From assembly GCA_030615805.1 (NCBI GenBank), contig JAUWYN010000002.1, positions 1-35,873 of the forward strand: 35,873 nucleotides of DNA, written 5' to 3'. Positions 1 through 7,459 of this stretch are shown here, one piece after another (the first letter of the stretch is position 1; each line of letters begins with the position of its first letter). Origin of the DNA: Hadesarchaea archaeon. Its GTDB lineage: Archaea; Hadarchaeota; Hadarchaeia; Hadarchaeales; Hadarchaeaceae. The notes under the pieces were generated by a model, which saw only the letters and a program-made list of their open reading frames with translations, was not told the DNA's origin and did no database searches. Position numbers and translations under genes: made by a program.

Positions 1-141
1 AAGCAAACCCCAAGCTAGTTGGTGGTCTAGTTCGGCGCGGATGGACGGGCCACGATATAGATATTGAAGTGTCAAAATTGGGGCTAAAGGTTCCTCTCGA
101 ATTAATGTGCCTAAAATTTGGTAGAAAGGGATGGCTTCCTG
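1..141. repeat. Direct terminal repeat, copy 1 (identical to 35733..35873)
   Basis: aagcaaaccccaagctagttggtgg...ggatggcttcctg is read identically at both window ends. Confidence 0.95.
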
Positions 142-170
142 TTTCTATTGATGTGGGCGGGGAGGGCTGA
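1..170 (+). CDS. C-terminal part of the junction-spanning small protein (79 aa when joined to 35663..35732); possible minimal nucleotidyltransferase-like protein
   Basis: Frame from nt 3 reads ANPKLVGGLVRRGWTGHDIDIEVSKLGLKVPLELMCLKFGRKGWLPVSIDVGGEG, with stop TGA at 168-170. G..RG....DIDI resembles a pol-beta-type NTase signature. Confidence 0.5.
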   Translation, partial: ANPKLVGGLVRRGWTGHDIDIEVSKLGLKVPLELMCLKFGRKGWLPVSIDVGGEG

Positions 171-172
171 AC

Positions 173-331
173 ATGCCATGCCGAGGCGACAGGGAAGCCA
201 TGATAAAATATCTGGCGAGGTTGGGGATACGCTACACCCGCATTACCTGCGACGATTGCCCCTCGAAGAATAGTTGCCATTGGGCTTATGATGCCTACAA
301 CACGGATGGGGATTGTTTGGCGGTGAAATGA
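173..331 (+). CDS. Cys-rich small protein (52 aa)
   Basis: Hand translation: MPCRGDREAMIKYLARLGIRYTRITCDDCPSKNSCHWAYDAYNTDGDCLAVK. Below the ORF-track size cut-off. Co-oriented with and packed against its neighbours. Confidence 0.45.
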   Translation: MPCRGDREAMIKYLARLGIRYTRITCDDCPSKNSCHWAYDAYNTDGDCLAVK

Positions 332-346
332 TGGGCGGTGAGGGCA

Positions 347-460
347 ATGGTTGAATTATTGCTTTACTGCGGGGTGTGCAAGAAGCCACGTTATTTTAGA
401 GTAGTCGTGGGCGGTGGCGTTTGCACGGTTTGCGGGCACGTAGCAAGTGGTGAAATTTGA
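347..460 (+). CDS. Zinc-ribbon miniprotein (37 aa)
   Basis: MVELLLYCGVCKKPRYFRVVVGGGVCTVCGHVASGEI, with two CxxC pairs. Confidence 0.5.
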   Translation: MVELLLYCGVCKKPRYFRVVVGGGVCTVCGHVASGEI

Positions 461-466
461 GGGCTG

Positions 467-586
467 ATGGACATGGCTTTTGATGTGGCTTCATATTTGC
501 TTGGATTGTTGGGTGGCATCATGCTCGGTGCTGCGCTTATGCGGCGACACCTTGAGCGGGGCGGGGAGGGCGAGAGGCGTGGCTGA
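467..586 (+). CDS. Single-pass membrane miniprotein (39 aa)
   Basis: MDMAFDVASYLLGLLGGIMLGAALMRRHLERGGEGERRG: a hydrophobic core followed by a basic tail. Confidence 0.4.
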   Translation: MDMAFDVASYLLGLLGGIMLGAALMRRHLERGGEGERRG

Positions 587-731
587 ATGGAAGGGTTGCG
601 GTCATAGTGTTGAGGCGATGATTTTGGATGGCAACCCTCTCTCAATTATTCCCTATCTCGAATTTCGGGAGAACAATCCAGATGAGTTGTGCTGGGAATG
701 TTGGTTGAAGAAAAGGGGGCGGCGGCGGTGA
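579..731 (+). CDS. Small Cys/His protein (start uncertain: GTG 579 or ATG 618)
   Basis: In the frame of track ORF 480..731: ...KGCGHSVEAMILDGNPLSIIPYLEFRENNPDELCWECWLKKRGRRR. A CxH...CxxC pattern is present if the GTG start is used. Confidence 0.3.
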   Translation: MAEWKGCGHSVEAMILDGNPLSIIPYLEFRENNPDELCWECWLKKRGRRR

Positions 732-734
732 GCG

Positions 735-953
735 GTGATGGCAACCATTTGTGAAGGATGCAACTGCTATTGGGGATCGCCGGGGAACCGAGCCTGCGAT
801 GTGGAGCTGACGCGCAAGTGCCTCCGGCCCCGAATTCCGACGGACTGCCCGAAGGGATTGGGGCAGAGGCGGATTGACAGCCGTGTTCATTATTCGAGCG
901 GGGGTTTTCCGCCTCATATTCATCCTTCTAGGATCAGGGAGGCGATTGCATAG
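735..953 (+). CDS. Cys-rich hypothetical protein
   Basis: Track ORF. GTG 735/ATG 738 lies 4 nt after the previous stop. The N-terminus is ATICEGCNCYWGSPGNRACD. A competing antisense ORF (642..923) exists. Confidence 0.35.
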   Translation: MMATICEGCNCYWGSPGNRACDVELTRKCLRPRIPTDCPKGLGQRRIDSRVHYSSGGFPPHIHPSRIREAIA

Positions 954-964
954 CTGAGTTTCCA

Positions 965-1363
965 GTGGAAGCCGACCTCACCATCACGGGCAGGAGGGTC
1001 ATCGGCTGCCTCATGGGGAAGGGGACGAACGGAGCCAGGGCCGTCGACCTCGCGCTGGAGCTGGGGATGCACACGAACCAGGTGCAGCACGTCCTCGGCA
1101 GGCAGCTCGAGCCGATAGGGGAGGCCTTCAGGGCGGGGGAGAACTGGGTCGCCACGGACGCCGCCATCTCGCTGAAGGCCAGCCCGAAGATCGCGCTAGA
1201 CCGGTTGAAGGCAGAGCTGGAGAGTTCCCTTTTTAACGGGGGGAAGCCGCCGGAGCGCATCGTCGCCTTCCTAGAGGAATATCGTGCTGCACGCGACTTG
1301 CCTAGCCCACTAACACCAGGGGAGGCATTCAAGTTCGCGCAGAGGAGGGCGATGAGGGCATGA
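965..1363 (+). CDS. Putative winged-helix DNA-binding protein
   Basis: RVIGCLMGKGTNGARAVDLALELGMHTNQVQHVLGRQL is an HTH-like segment. Co-oriented with its neighbours. An antisense ORF (934..1332) of equal length makes this less certain. Confidence 0.5.
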   Translation: MEADLTITGRRVIGCLMGKGTNGARAVDLALELGMHTNQVQHVLGRQLEPIGEAFRAGENWVATDAAISLKASPKIALDRLKAELESSLFNGGKPPERIVAFLEEYRAARDLPSPLTPGEAFKFAQRRAMRA

Positions 1364-1496
1364 TTATCTTTCCACTTTCTACATTGCTCGGTTTCAGTGT
1401 GTGTGCGTGTGTAAGGGGTTTTGCAAATGCGATATCGAAAAAGTGGCGAAAGGAGGCAGGATTGGGCTTCTTATCTTTCCCAATTCTACAATTCTA

Positions 1497-1530
1497 CCTC
1501 TTTCTTTCTTTCTTTCTTTCTTTTCTTTCC
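1497..1530. repeat. 34-nt pure pyrimidine (TTTC)n tract
   Basis: cctctttctttctttctttcttttctttcc. Confidence 0.9.
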
Positions 1531-1573
1531 AGATTCTACATTACTACAATTGAATTCTACATTGCTACAATTG

Positions 1574-1590
1574 GGAAAGATAATCTTTCC
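1574..1590. promoter_or_regulatory. Perfect 17-bp palindrome GGAAAGAT-A-ATCTTTCC
   Basis: Read directly. Its right arm is the third TWATCTTTCC iteron. It lies 26 nt upstream of ATG 1616. Confidence 0.8.
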
Positions 1591-1615
1591 AAATTCTACA
1601 TTTCGGAGCGATATC

Positions 1616-2047
1616 ATGGCTGAAAAGAAGAAGGTGCAGCTCGGCTGGTCGGTCCCGGAGGAGTCCGCAAGGAGCTTCAGGGAGGCCGTGATTCGCAGAT
1701 GGGGGCAGAAATACCTCTATTTTGGCGAGGAGCTCGGGCGGGCCATGGACAACTACGTTGATAACCACCTATCCGGTTCCCTCGTGCACGCGCACACACA
1801 CGTTCCTCTTTCGACGAGGGGCTTGAACACGACCAAGCGCATCATGGACCGCATCCGCAGCAAGTTCACGAAGCAGGTCTTGGAGAAGGATGTCGACATG
1901 GCGATCCGGCACGAGGCGGGGACATGCGACCGAACGATAAGGGATCAGAAAAACACGCTGCTCAGGCTCGGCTTGCTCAAGGTCAAGGTCGTGGGCGAGT
2001 TCGGCAAGCAGAGCATCTACGAGATTGCGAAGGTGGACGCAAAATGA
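1616..2047 (+). CDS. DNA-binding protein (RHH-like N-terminus, wHTH-like C-terminus)
   Basis: ATG 1616 within track ORF 1421..2047. KVQLGWSVPEESARSFREAVIRRWG fits an RHH pattern; RTIRDQKNTLLRLGLLKVKVV is wHTH-like. First gene after the iteron region. Confidence 0.65.
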   Translation: MAEKKKVQLGWSVPEESARSFREAVIRRWGQKYLYFGEELGRAMDNYVDNHLSGSLVHAHTHVPLSTRGLNTTKRIMDRIRSKFTKQVLEKDVDMAIRHEAGTCDRTIRDQKNTLLRLGLLKVKVVGEFGKQSIYEIAKVDAK

Positions 2048-2424
2048 TGTTCAGGTTGTTGAGGAAGCTCAGGCTGGAGATATTGCTCAGGGATCAGTTC
2101 AGGTGCCAGGAGTGCGGCTCGTCGAGGAACCTGCAAGTCCACCATCGGAGGTACGAGGTCAAGTTCAACCCCGATGACTTCGTGACGCTTTGTTCGCACT
2201 GCCATGCTCGCACCAAGAAATCCCGAAGGCTACCGCTCTCCGACTACCCGTTCACTAGCATCGTCATCGAGAGCAAGGGACACATACCGCCCGAACCCGC
2301 CATCGAAGTTGAGCTAGTTGACCTCGGGGATGATGAGTTCGACCGCGAGCTAATGGAATCGATTGAAAAGGGCGAACTTCGCGTCGATGCGGCTGGGGAG
2401 GCAAGGAGGAGGGTTGGATCGTGA
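2044..2424 (+). CDS. HNH endonuclease-family protein
   Basis: ATGA overlap with the upstream stop. CQECGSSRNLQVHHRRY...LCSHCHARTKK. Confidence 0.8.
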   Translation: MMFRLLRKLRLEILLRDQFRCQECGSSRNLQVHHRRYEVKFNPDDFVTLCSHCHARTKKSRRLPLSDYPFTSIVIESKGHIPPEPAIEVELVDLGDDEFDRELMESIEKGELRVDAAGEARRRVGS

Positions 2425-2507
2425 GCAAAAAAACTGCCGAGGCTCGATGGCTTGCCAAGTTAAGGGCCAAGCGTCGGTCTCGCCGGGTGGGGGGCGGAGC
2501 TAAATGA
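2421..2507 (+). CDS. Arg/Lys-rich miniprotein (28 aa)
   Basis: GTGA overlap at its start and ATGA overlap at its end. VSKKTAEARWLAKLRAKRRSRRVGGGAK. Confidence 0.3.
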   Translation: MSKKTAEARWLAKLRAKRRSRRVGGGAK

Positions 2508-2974
2508 CCAACTGCGAACGATGCGGGTTTGAACCAGCTAATAGAACTCCCTATAACGAGGAAAAAAGGGAAATTGAGCATGTTTGCGAGTATTGTTTCA
2601 GCCAAATGTATCCCGAGCACTATAACAATTTAAGCGATGATCCATGCGTGAAATGTGGTTCGCGTTTGAATGTAGTCAAGCACCACGTTAGTTATTCGAC
2701 ACATACGACAATCCCGCTTTGTGCCAAATGTCATCGTCAAGAACATAAGAACGCCGCACGCCCAGCCGATTCCCCCCGATGTCTTGGGTGTAACAAACTC
2801 CTCTCTTGGCGTCAAGGAGTGAATGGATGGGTATGTAAAAACTGGGGATGTCACAGATATTGGAAATATGGCCGGGGACCAGTAATCCATATCATCCCAC
2901 AGCTGGATGTGAATTTTAGTTCGTTGCCGATGGTGTTCGAGCTGTCACCGTCTCGCCGGGTGGAGGGGGGCTAG
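2504..2974 (+). CDS. HNH-like zinc-finger protein (paralogue of 27307..27579)
   Basis: CVKCGSRLNVVKHHVSYSTHTTIPLCAKCHRQEHKN, plus additional CxxC pairs. Confidence 0.7.
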   Translation: MTNCERCGFEPANRTPYNEEKREIEHVCEYCFSQMYPEHYNNLSDDPCVKCGSRLNVVKHHVSYSTHTTIPLCAKCHRQEHKNAARPADSPRCLGCNKLLSWRQGVNGWVCKNWGCHRYWKYGRGPVIHIIPQLDVNFSSLPMVFELSPSRRVEGG

Positions 2975-2975
2975 C

Positions 2976-3179
2976 ATGTTCCCAGCACTCAACCCCTCGA
3001 AGCTGACGAAGGACGATATGAAAACGCTCCGTTACTCAATCCAGATGCTCCACGAGCTCATGGCGGACTTATTGAACCAAGAAAATTGGGAGACTGACTA
3101 CGACCTATGCGATGAAATCAGAAAACAACTGCTCGAAGTCCTGAAGAACGCCGAGTTGAGGGCGAGGGGTGGCCCCTGA
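2976..3179 (+). CDS. Hypothetical protein (67 aa)
   Basis: Track ORF. The ATG lies 1 nt after the upstream stop. The stop overlaps the next ATG (TGATG). Confidence 0.55.
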   Translation: MFPALNPSKLTKDDMKTLRYSIQMLHELMADLLNQENWETDYDLCDEIRKQLLEVLKNAELRARGGP

Positions 3180-3421
3180 TGGCCGACTCCGTTGGAATGC
3201 TGCTGTGGATAGTCGTCATAGTGAGCTCGATAACTATACTCGCAGGCTTCGTGGGCGCGTTTGCGTTGGCGACAAGACCGTTGAGTGGGACTGACATAGC
3301 CCTCATTCCTATCATAGCATTACCGTTGGGGTATCATCTGCTGTCCGAAGCTGGCTTGTTTTTGCCTGTGGTATTTGGCTCACTGCTGGCTTCGATTGCC
3401 TTAACATGGAGGGGTTCCTGA
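3179..3421 (+). CDS. Membrane protein (about 3 TM)
   Basis: Hydrophobic throughout: LLWIVVIVSSITILAGFVGAFALA..., IALIPIIALPLGY..., LFLPVVFGSLLASIAL. Confidence 0.6.
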   Translation: MADSVGMLLWIVVIVSSITILAGFVGAFALATRPLSGTDIALIPIIALPLGYHLLSEAGLFLPVVFGSLLASIALTWRGS

Positions 3422-3519
3422 TGTCCGTCTTCTGCCCCTACGAACAAGGCAACGTCCCGATAGAGAAGTGCCGGAGCTGCGACAGGAAGGAGACGTGCCC
3501 TTTGTTGAGTGGTTGGTGA
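3421..3519 (+). CDS. Cys-rich miniprotein (32 aa)
   Basis: MSVFCPYEQGNVPIEKCRSCDRKETCPLLSGW. The start overlaps the upstream stop by 1 nt. Confidence 0.4.
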   Translation: MSVFCPYEQGNVPIEKCRSCDRKETCPLLSGW

Positions 3520-3525
3520 TGGCTC

Positions 3526-3801
3526 ATGTTCGGTAAAAGTTTCTATATAGATATCGTGAAGCGGTATGAAGAAAACAGGGAGAAATGGGGAAACCAGAGC
3601 AGGGAAGTCGTGTTCGCGGTTTTGGTCGAGGAAATCGGGGAAGTCGCACGCGCATTGTTAAACCGCTTTTCTGAAAACAAGGAAAAGGATGGCGCAGTCG
3701 ATTTAAGAAAAGAATGCGTGGATGCGGCTGCCGTTTTATGGGACATTTATGATCGAGCAGATGAACTTGTCAGAAAAACAGAGCTGGAGGGGAGGGGATG
3801 A
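3526..3801 (+). CDS. MazG-like all-alpha NTP pyrophosphohydrolase
   Basis: VLVEEIGEVARAL and ECVDAAAVLWDIY resemble the MazG E-x-x-E / D-x-x-D helix pair. Confidence 0.55.
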   Translation: MFGKSFYIDIVKRYEENREKWGNQSREVVFAVLVEEIGEVARALLNRFSENKEKDGAVDLRKECVDAAAVLWDIYDRADELVRKTELEGRG

Positions 3802-3950
3802 CCGCCATCTTGAATGATGAAAACCTGATGGGATGCATCAGGACGCTGTTGAAAATCGAGCATGGGAGTTTTCCAGATTGGGCTTGCTTACAGTGCGAGA
3901 ATCTTAGTAAATGCGAAAAACTTTTTCGCGGGCTGGAGGCGGGGAGATGA
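3798..3950 (+). CDS. Small Cys-containing protein (50 aa)
   Basis: ATGA overlap. MTAILNDENLMGCIRTLLKIEHGSFPDWACLQCENLSKCEKLFRGLEAGR. Confidence 0.4.
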   Translation: MTAILNDENLMGCIRTLLKIEHGSFPDWACLQCENLSKCEKLFRGLEAGR

Positions 3951-4171
3951 TGACCAAGGTGAGGTTCCTCGTTCTGTATATCTCCTTCGGCGTTTCACTG
4001 TTGGCGTTCAAGGAAGTGGCGCACCGAGGCGTGCATGGGGCACCTTCCCTCTGGATGGGTCCCGTTCAGCTTGCGATTCTTTTCGTGCTGTTCCTGCCGT
4101 GGTTCTTGAAACTTCCGTCGGGGGGGAGTTGGCGGTCATGGCACTCCGAAAAGGAGGACTGTTGGAAATGA
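3947..4171 (+). CDS. Membrane protein (74 aa, 2 TM)
   Basis: ATGA overlap. MMTKVRFLVLYISFGVSLLAF...VQLAILFVLFLPWFL. Confidence 0.5.
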   Translation: MMTKVRFLVLYISFGVSLLAFKEVAHRGVHGAPSLWMGPVQLAILFVLFLPWFLKLPSGGSWRSWHSEKEDCWK

Positions 4172-4383
4172 GAAAAGCTCTGATTATCAACCCGCATCGA
4201 ATTGATGATCTTAGCGATGTGTTGGCGATAGCTCGCGCCGAGGGAAAAAGGGCGTTCAGAACGGCTGAGAACATTCGTGTCCCCCCGGATGCCAATCTTC
4301 CTCGGGATGAGTTAGGGAATTATATCGTCGTGGTTGAGTTGCACAGTTCCCCAGGCGTAGGGGAGTCGAGGCAAAAGAAGTGA
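4168..4383 (+). CDS. Hypothetical protein (71 aa)
   Basis: ATGA overlap, with AAGGAGGA 8 nt upstream. MRKALIINPHRIDDLSDVLAIARAEGKRAF... Confidence 0.5.
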   Translation: MRKALIINPHRIDDLSDVLAIARAEGKRAFRTAENIRVPPDANLPRDELGNYIVVVELHSSPGVGESRQKK

Positions 4384-5393
4384 GGATATGCATGCTTACT
4401 AGGTTCTTTAATCGCAGGAATGCGGGGATTGGTCAAATCAGTCAGAAGTTGTTGGAAAAGTTGTTGAGCCGTGGGCACGAAATCGACCCAGTGTGCACGA
4501 CCCGCAGGGGGACCGTTGGCTACCTCATCTACACGGGTGCGGAGATTCGATTTAGAATCCCTCACGATGTCGATGTCTACCATGCTCTGACACCTTTGGA
4601 GTCGATTTATCTACCGAAAGGCAAAACGGTCACGACCTTCCACGACCTAATCCCTTGGTTGTACCGCAAGGAGGAGACTTGGTACTTTTCGGGTTTCGCT
4701 GCGCCGTTCCGCCGTTGGTTCGGGAGCTGGTGGTTCAAACGTGCGTGTAGGAAGGCGGCTAAGTCGAAGCGGATCACCTGCAACTCCGAACAGACCAAGC
4801 GAGAGGTTATGAAACACCTCGGCGTGCCAGAAGAAAAAATCACGGTCACGAGACCTGGGATTTCGGAGGACTTGCAGCCAGAGGACGTGGGGCACGATGG
4901 TTACAGGATAGGAACGCTGAGTTACTTAGATCCCCGGAAGCGGATTGACATCCTGATAAGGGCGTTCAAGGCAGCGGATTTCGGAAACGCGGAGCTGGTC
5001 ATCGCTGGGAAGGGGCAAGATGAGCACAGGCTGAGAAGGATAGCCGGAAATGATCCACGAATTAAGTTTCTGGGGTTTGTGCCGGAGAAGGAAAAGGCGG
5101 ACTTCTACAACTCGCTCGATGTCTTCGTCCTACCGAGCAGGCTGGAGGGGTACGGAATCCCGCTCGTCGAGGCGATGGCATGTGGAACCCCCCTCGTTAG
5201 TCTGGATGATGCCCTGATTCCTAATGATGTGAAAATGCGAACTCATGTCGTGAGCGAGGCTGTTTTGCCGAAGTTGTTGAAGGAGCGGAAATTCAACTGC
5301 GATGTGGATGCCAACCTTGAGTTCGCCCACGGGCACGACTGGGACAAGTTCGTCGACATGACTGAAGCGGTCTATGAGGAGGTGGCGAAATGA
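4380..5393 (+). CDS. Glycosyltransferase, GT-B fold (GT4/glycosyl transferase group 1)
   Basis: VFVLPSRLEGYGIPLVEAMACGTPLV is the classic E-x7-E region. GTGA overlap at the start (alternative ATG at 4392). Confidence 0.9.
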   Translation: MRICMLTRFFNRRNAGIGQISQKLLEKLLSRGHEIDPVCTTRRGTVGYLIYTGAEIRFRIPHDVDVYHALTPLESIYLPKGKTVTTFHDLIPWLYRKEETWYFSGFAAPFRRWFGSWWFKRACRKAAKSKRITCNSEQTKREVMKHLGVPEEKITVTRPGISEDLQPEDVGHDGYRIGTLSYLDPRKRIDILIRAFKAADFGNAELVIAGKGQDEHRLRRIAGNDPRIKFLGFVPEKEKADFYNSLDVFVLPSRLEGYGIPLVEAMACGTPLVSLDDALIPNDVKMRTHVVSEAVLPKLLKERKFNCDVDANLEFAHGHDWDKFVDMTEAVYEEVAK

Positions 5394-5797
5394 AGATAAA
5401 AAATAACCTTAGGAGGCTGATCCCGAGACAAATGGAACTCTCTGGGGCGATTGGGGGAATGAGGATGTTCGTTTCGAGGATAGGGATATACTTGGCGTTT
5501 ATAAACTGGGTGATGATTTCAAGGATATTCTGGGCGGACTCGGAGGTTATTAGATATGTTTTCCTCGGTTCCTATTGGCTCTTTCTTTTCTTGGGGCTTG
5601 GCGGAGTAGTCTTCGTCGCACTTTTGATCGAGTGGGTCGTGATGTTTCCCTCCGAAGTTAGATTTTCTCAGCATCAGTGGGCGAAGGGCGATAGGTCCCC
5701 CCTCTACTCCGAGATTGCGGAAACGCGAGAAACCGTCGCAAGGCTCGAAAAGGAAATCTCTGAACTAAGGCGGGAACTCAGGGGGCATAAAAAATGA
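5390..5797 (+). CDS. Membrane protein (about 3 TM) with a C-terminal coiled coil
   Basis: ATGA overlaps at both ends. IGIYLAFINWVMISRIFW, YWLFLFLGLGGVVFVALLIEWVVMF, then ETVARLEKEISELRRELR. Confidence 0.65.
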   Translation: MKIKNNLRRLIPRQMELSGAIGGMRMFVSRIGIYLAFINWVMISRIFWADSEVIRYVFLGSYWLFLFLGLGGVVFVALLIEWVVMFPSEVRFSQHQWAKGDRSPLYSEIAETRETVARLEKEISELRRELRGHKK

Positions 5798-6780
5798 ACT
5801 ATGATATTCACGGATTGATTAAGGTGAAATCCAACCTTGACGATTTGCCAATTCCGTCTTATTTTCAAGTGTCGGAAATGGATGATCCCGATGTCGAAAT
5901 TTTGAAACAGAAGCTCGACTTCGAGAAGCCGAGGGGGAATAGAGTAACGCGAATAAATTACTACTACTGGCTCGATGGTTCTAAAACAAGGTTTCTTCAT
6001 CCTGCTGGGGCAAAAATCGAGATAGAGAACCTGACCGGTGAGACTAGGGTAAGGGTAAATCCCAGGTTCAAGAAACTCGGCTCCGATGCGGCGTTTGAGT
6101 TTCTAGTTGACAGAATCTTCCTCATCAAGCTGGCTCAGAAAGGTTGTGCTTTCGTTCACGCGGGGGCGGTTGAGTGGAATGGGAGCTCCGCTCTCGTCGT
6201 TGCCCCCCCCGATTTCGGGAAGACCTCGACTGTACTCTCACTCGTGGGCTCTGGGGCGAAGCTTCTCGGGGACGACCATGTGATATTGACGCCAGAGGGG
6301 GAAGTTATGTGTTATCCAAGACCCCAGACAATTTCCCCGCAGACGTTGACGGGCGGCATAGTGAAGCCTCTTGGAGTTCATAAACGTTGGCTGGCGAAGT
6401 TGAGTTTTCTCTATGCAGTATATTTAAGAGTATTCGGGAGTCCTGCGGAGAAGCGTGAACTCCCCTCTGAGTTTGTGGCGGAGAGGGGCAAAGCAAGGTT
6501 CGCGTTTGCACTGGATGGATTTGCGGAGGAAGGGCGGTTAGATCCCATTTCAAAGGAAAAGCTCGTGGAGAACATGATTTTGCCCATGCCGTTTATGACT
6601 GGATTCCCAGACTCCTACGCCGATATATGTTTGTATTTAAATGGCGAAAGCCTCTGGCTCGTTCTGAATCGGATGATGGACACGGTTAGACAAGCTCTGA
6701 GGGGCGTTGAATGTTTCTCGGTTAGGGGGCCGAGCATTCAGAGTTGGTCCGAGGTCATTAGGGGGAAAATGAATGGATGA
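5794..6780 (+). CDS. HPr-kinase-related P-loop kinase (HprK C-terminal-like)
   Basis: FVHAGAVEWNGSSALVVAPPDFGKTSTVLSLVGSGAKLLGDDHVIL matches the HprK-type pattern H..AV...G.a.L..G.sG.GKS.la..L...G..l.sDD. Confidence 0.7.
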   Translation: MNYDIHGLIKVKSNLDDLPIPSYFQVSEMDDPDVEILKQKLDFEKPRGNRVTRINYYYWLDGSKTRFLHPAGAKIEIENLTGETRVRVNPRFKKLGSDAAFEFLVDRIFLIKLAQKGCAFVHAGAVEWNGSSALVVAPPDFGKTSTVLSLVGSGAKLLGDDHVILTPEGEVMCYPRPQTISPQTLTGGIVKPLGVHKRWLAKLSFLYAVYLRVFGSPAEKRELPSEFVAERGKARFAFALDGFAEEGRLDPISKEKLVENMILPMPFMTGFPDSYADICLYLNGESLWLVLNRMMDTVRQALRGVECFSVRGPSIQSWSEVIRGKMNG

Positions 6781-7459
6781 CTGGCTGAAAATATTCGGGT
6801 GGGCGAATCGAAGATTGCAGCAACGGTCGGTGGAACACGTATTCGTCAAGCTCCTCCGCGATCCCTTCAAACCCACCGATATAGACTTGCTGATTCCAGA
6901 TCCCCACGAACAGGAAAGGGCAATGGAAGCGCTCGGCGGCAGGGAACTCTTTGCGAGGGGGGGTCTGTTGGAGGGTTCGAGAAGGGCGATTCTCCGACTC
7001 AGAAATCTGGACATCGACATCTACCCCGATGCGTGTTGGGGCGGCTTGAAGGTCGCCGAGGGCGCGGAAATAGTGGAGCGTAGGCAACTCAAGAACGTGC
7101 TGGGGGAGAATGCTTACTTGCCCTCCCCGGCGGATGACTTTTACCTAATAGCTACCCATGCTTACTCCCATCTAAATATACGGCGGGGGGAAATCAAAAA
7201 CTGCCGAGCCATCGCCTCCGATGCAAGCTTCTCATGGGAAAGGGTCTGGGAGCTGGCTTCGAGGTTCGGGATGACTGGCCCCGTAAAAATTTTTGCGGAG
7301 GCGGTGGATAACGGTCACGCGAGTAAAATCCCCAATTGGAAGGTCTTGAGTTTCTTTCACACCCATAAAATGGTCGGGAAGATTGGAACAAGCGAACTCA
7401 TCTCCGATTTTCTCTGGCATTTTGTGCGCCCGATCACCAGATCGTTGGGGGTTAGATGA
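6773..7459 (+). CDS. Nucleotidyltransferase-fold protein, NTP_transf_5-like (paralogue 1)
   Basis: VEHVFVKLLRDPFKPTDIDLLIP, LDIDIYPD and PSPADDFYLIATHAYSH. Collinear with 9715..10467. Confidence 0.65.
   Translation: MDDWLKIFGWANRRLQQRSVEHVFVKLLRDPFKPTDIDLLIPDPHEQERAMEALGGRELFARGGLLEGSRRAILRLRNLDIDIYPDACWGGLKVAEGAEIVERRQLKNVLGENAYLPSPADDFYLIATHAYSHLNIRRGEIKNCRAIASDASFSWERVWELASRFGMTGPVKIFAEAVDNGHASKIPNWKVLSFFHTHKMVGKIGTSELISDFLWHFVRPITRSLGVR

Larger units (their letters stand above)
1364..1610. repeat. Iteron-like repeat region: three copies of TWATCTTTCC-N1-3-TTCTACAWT plus extra TTCTACA/CTACAATT units
   Basis: TTATCTTTCC at 1364-1373 and 1471-1480; TAATCTTTCC at 1581-1590. TTCTACA at 1377, 1484, 1491 (TTCTACC), 1534, 1555 and 1594. 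CTACAATT at 1544 and 1564. Confidence 0.85.

Noticed and set aside
1-141. Terminal repeat interpreted as LTR- or IS-type inverted/direct repeats of an inserted element.
   Set aside because: The repeat is direct, lies exactly at the window ends, and sits inside a continuous ORF. This fits circular-assembly overlap or terminal redundancy, not insertion-element termini.
1360-1623. Track ORF 1360..1623 and the N-terminal 65 aa of ORF 1421..2047.
   Set aside because: Both translate the iteron and (TTTC)n region, giving FFLSFFLFF-type strings. The real gene most plausibly starts at ATG 1616.
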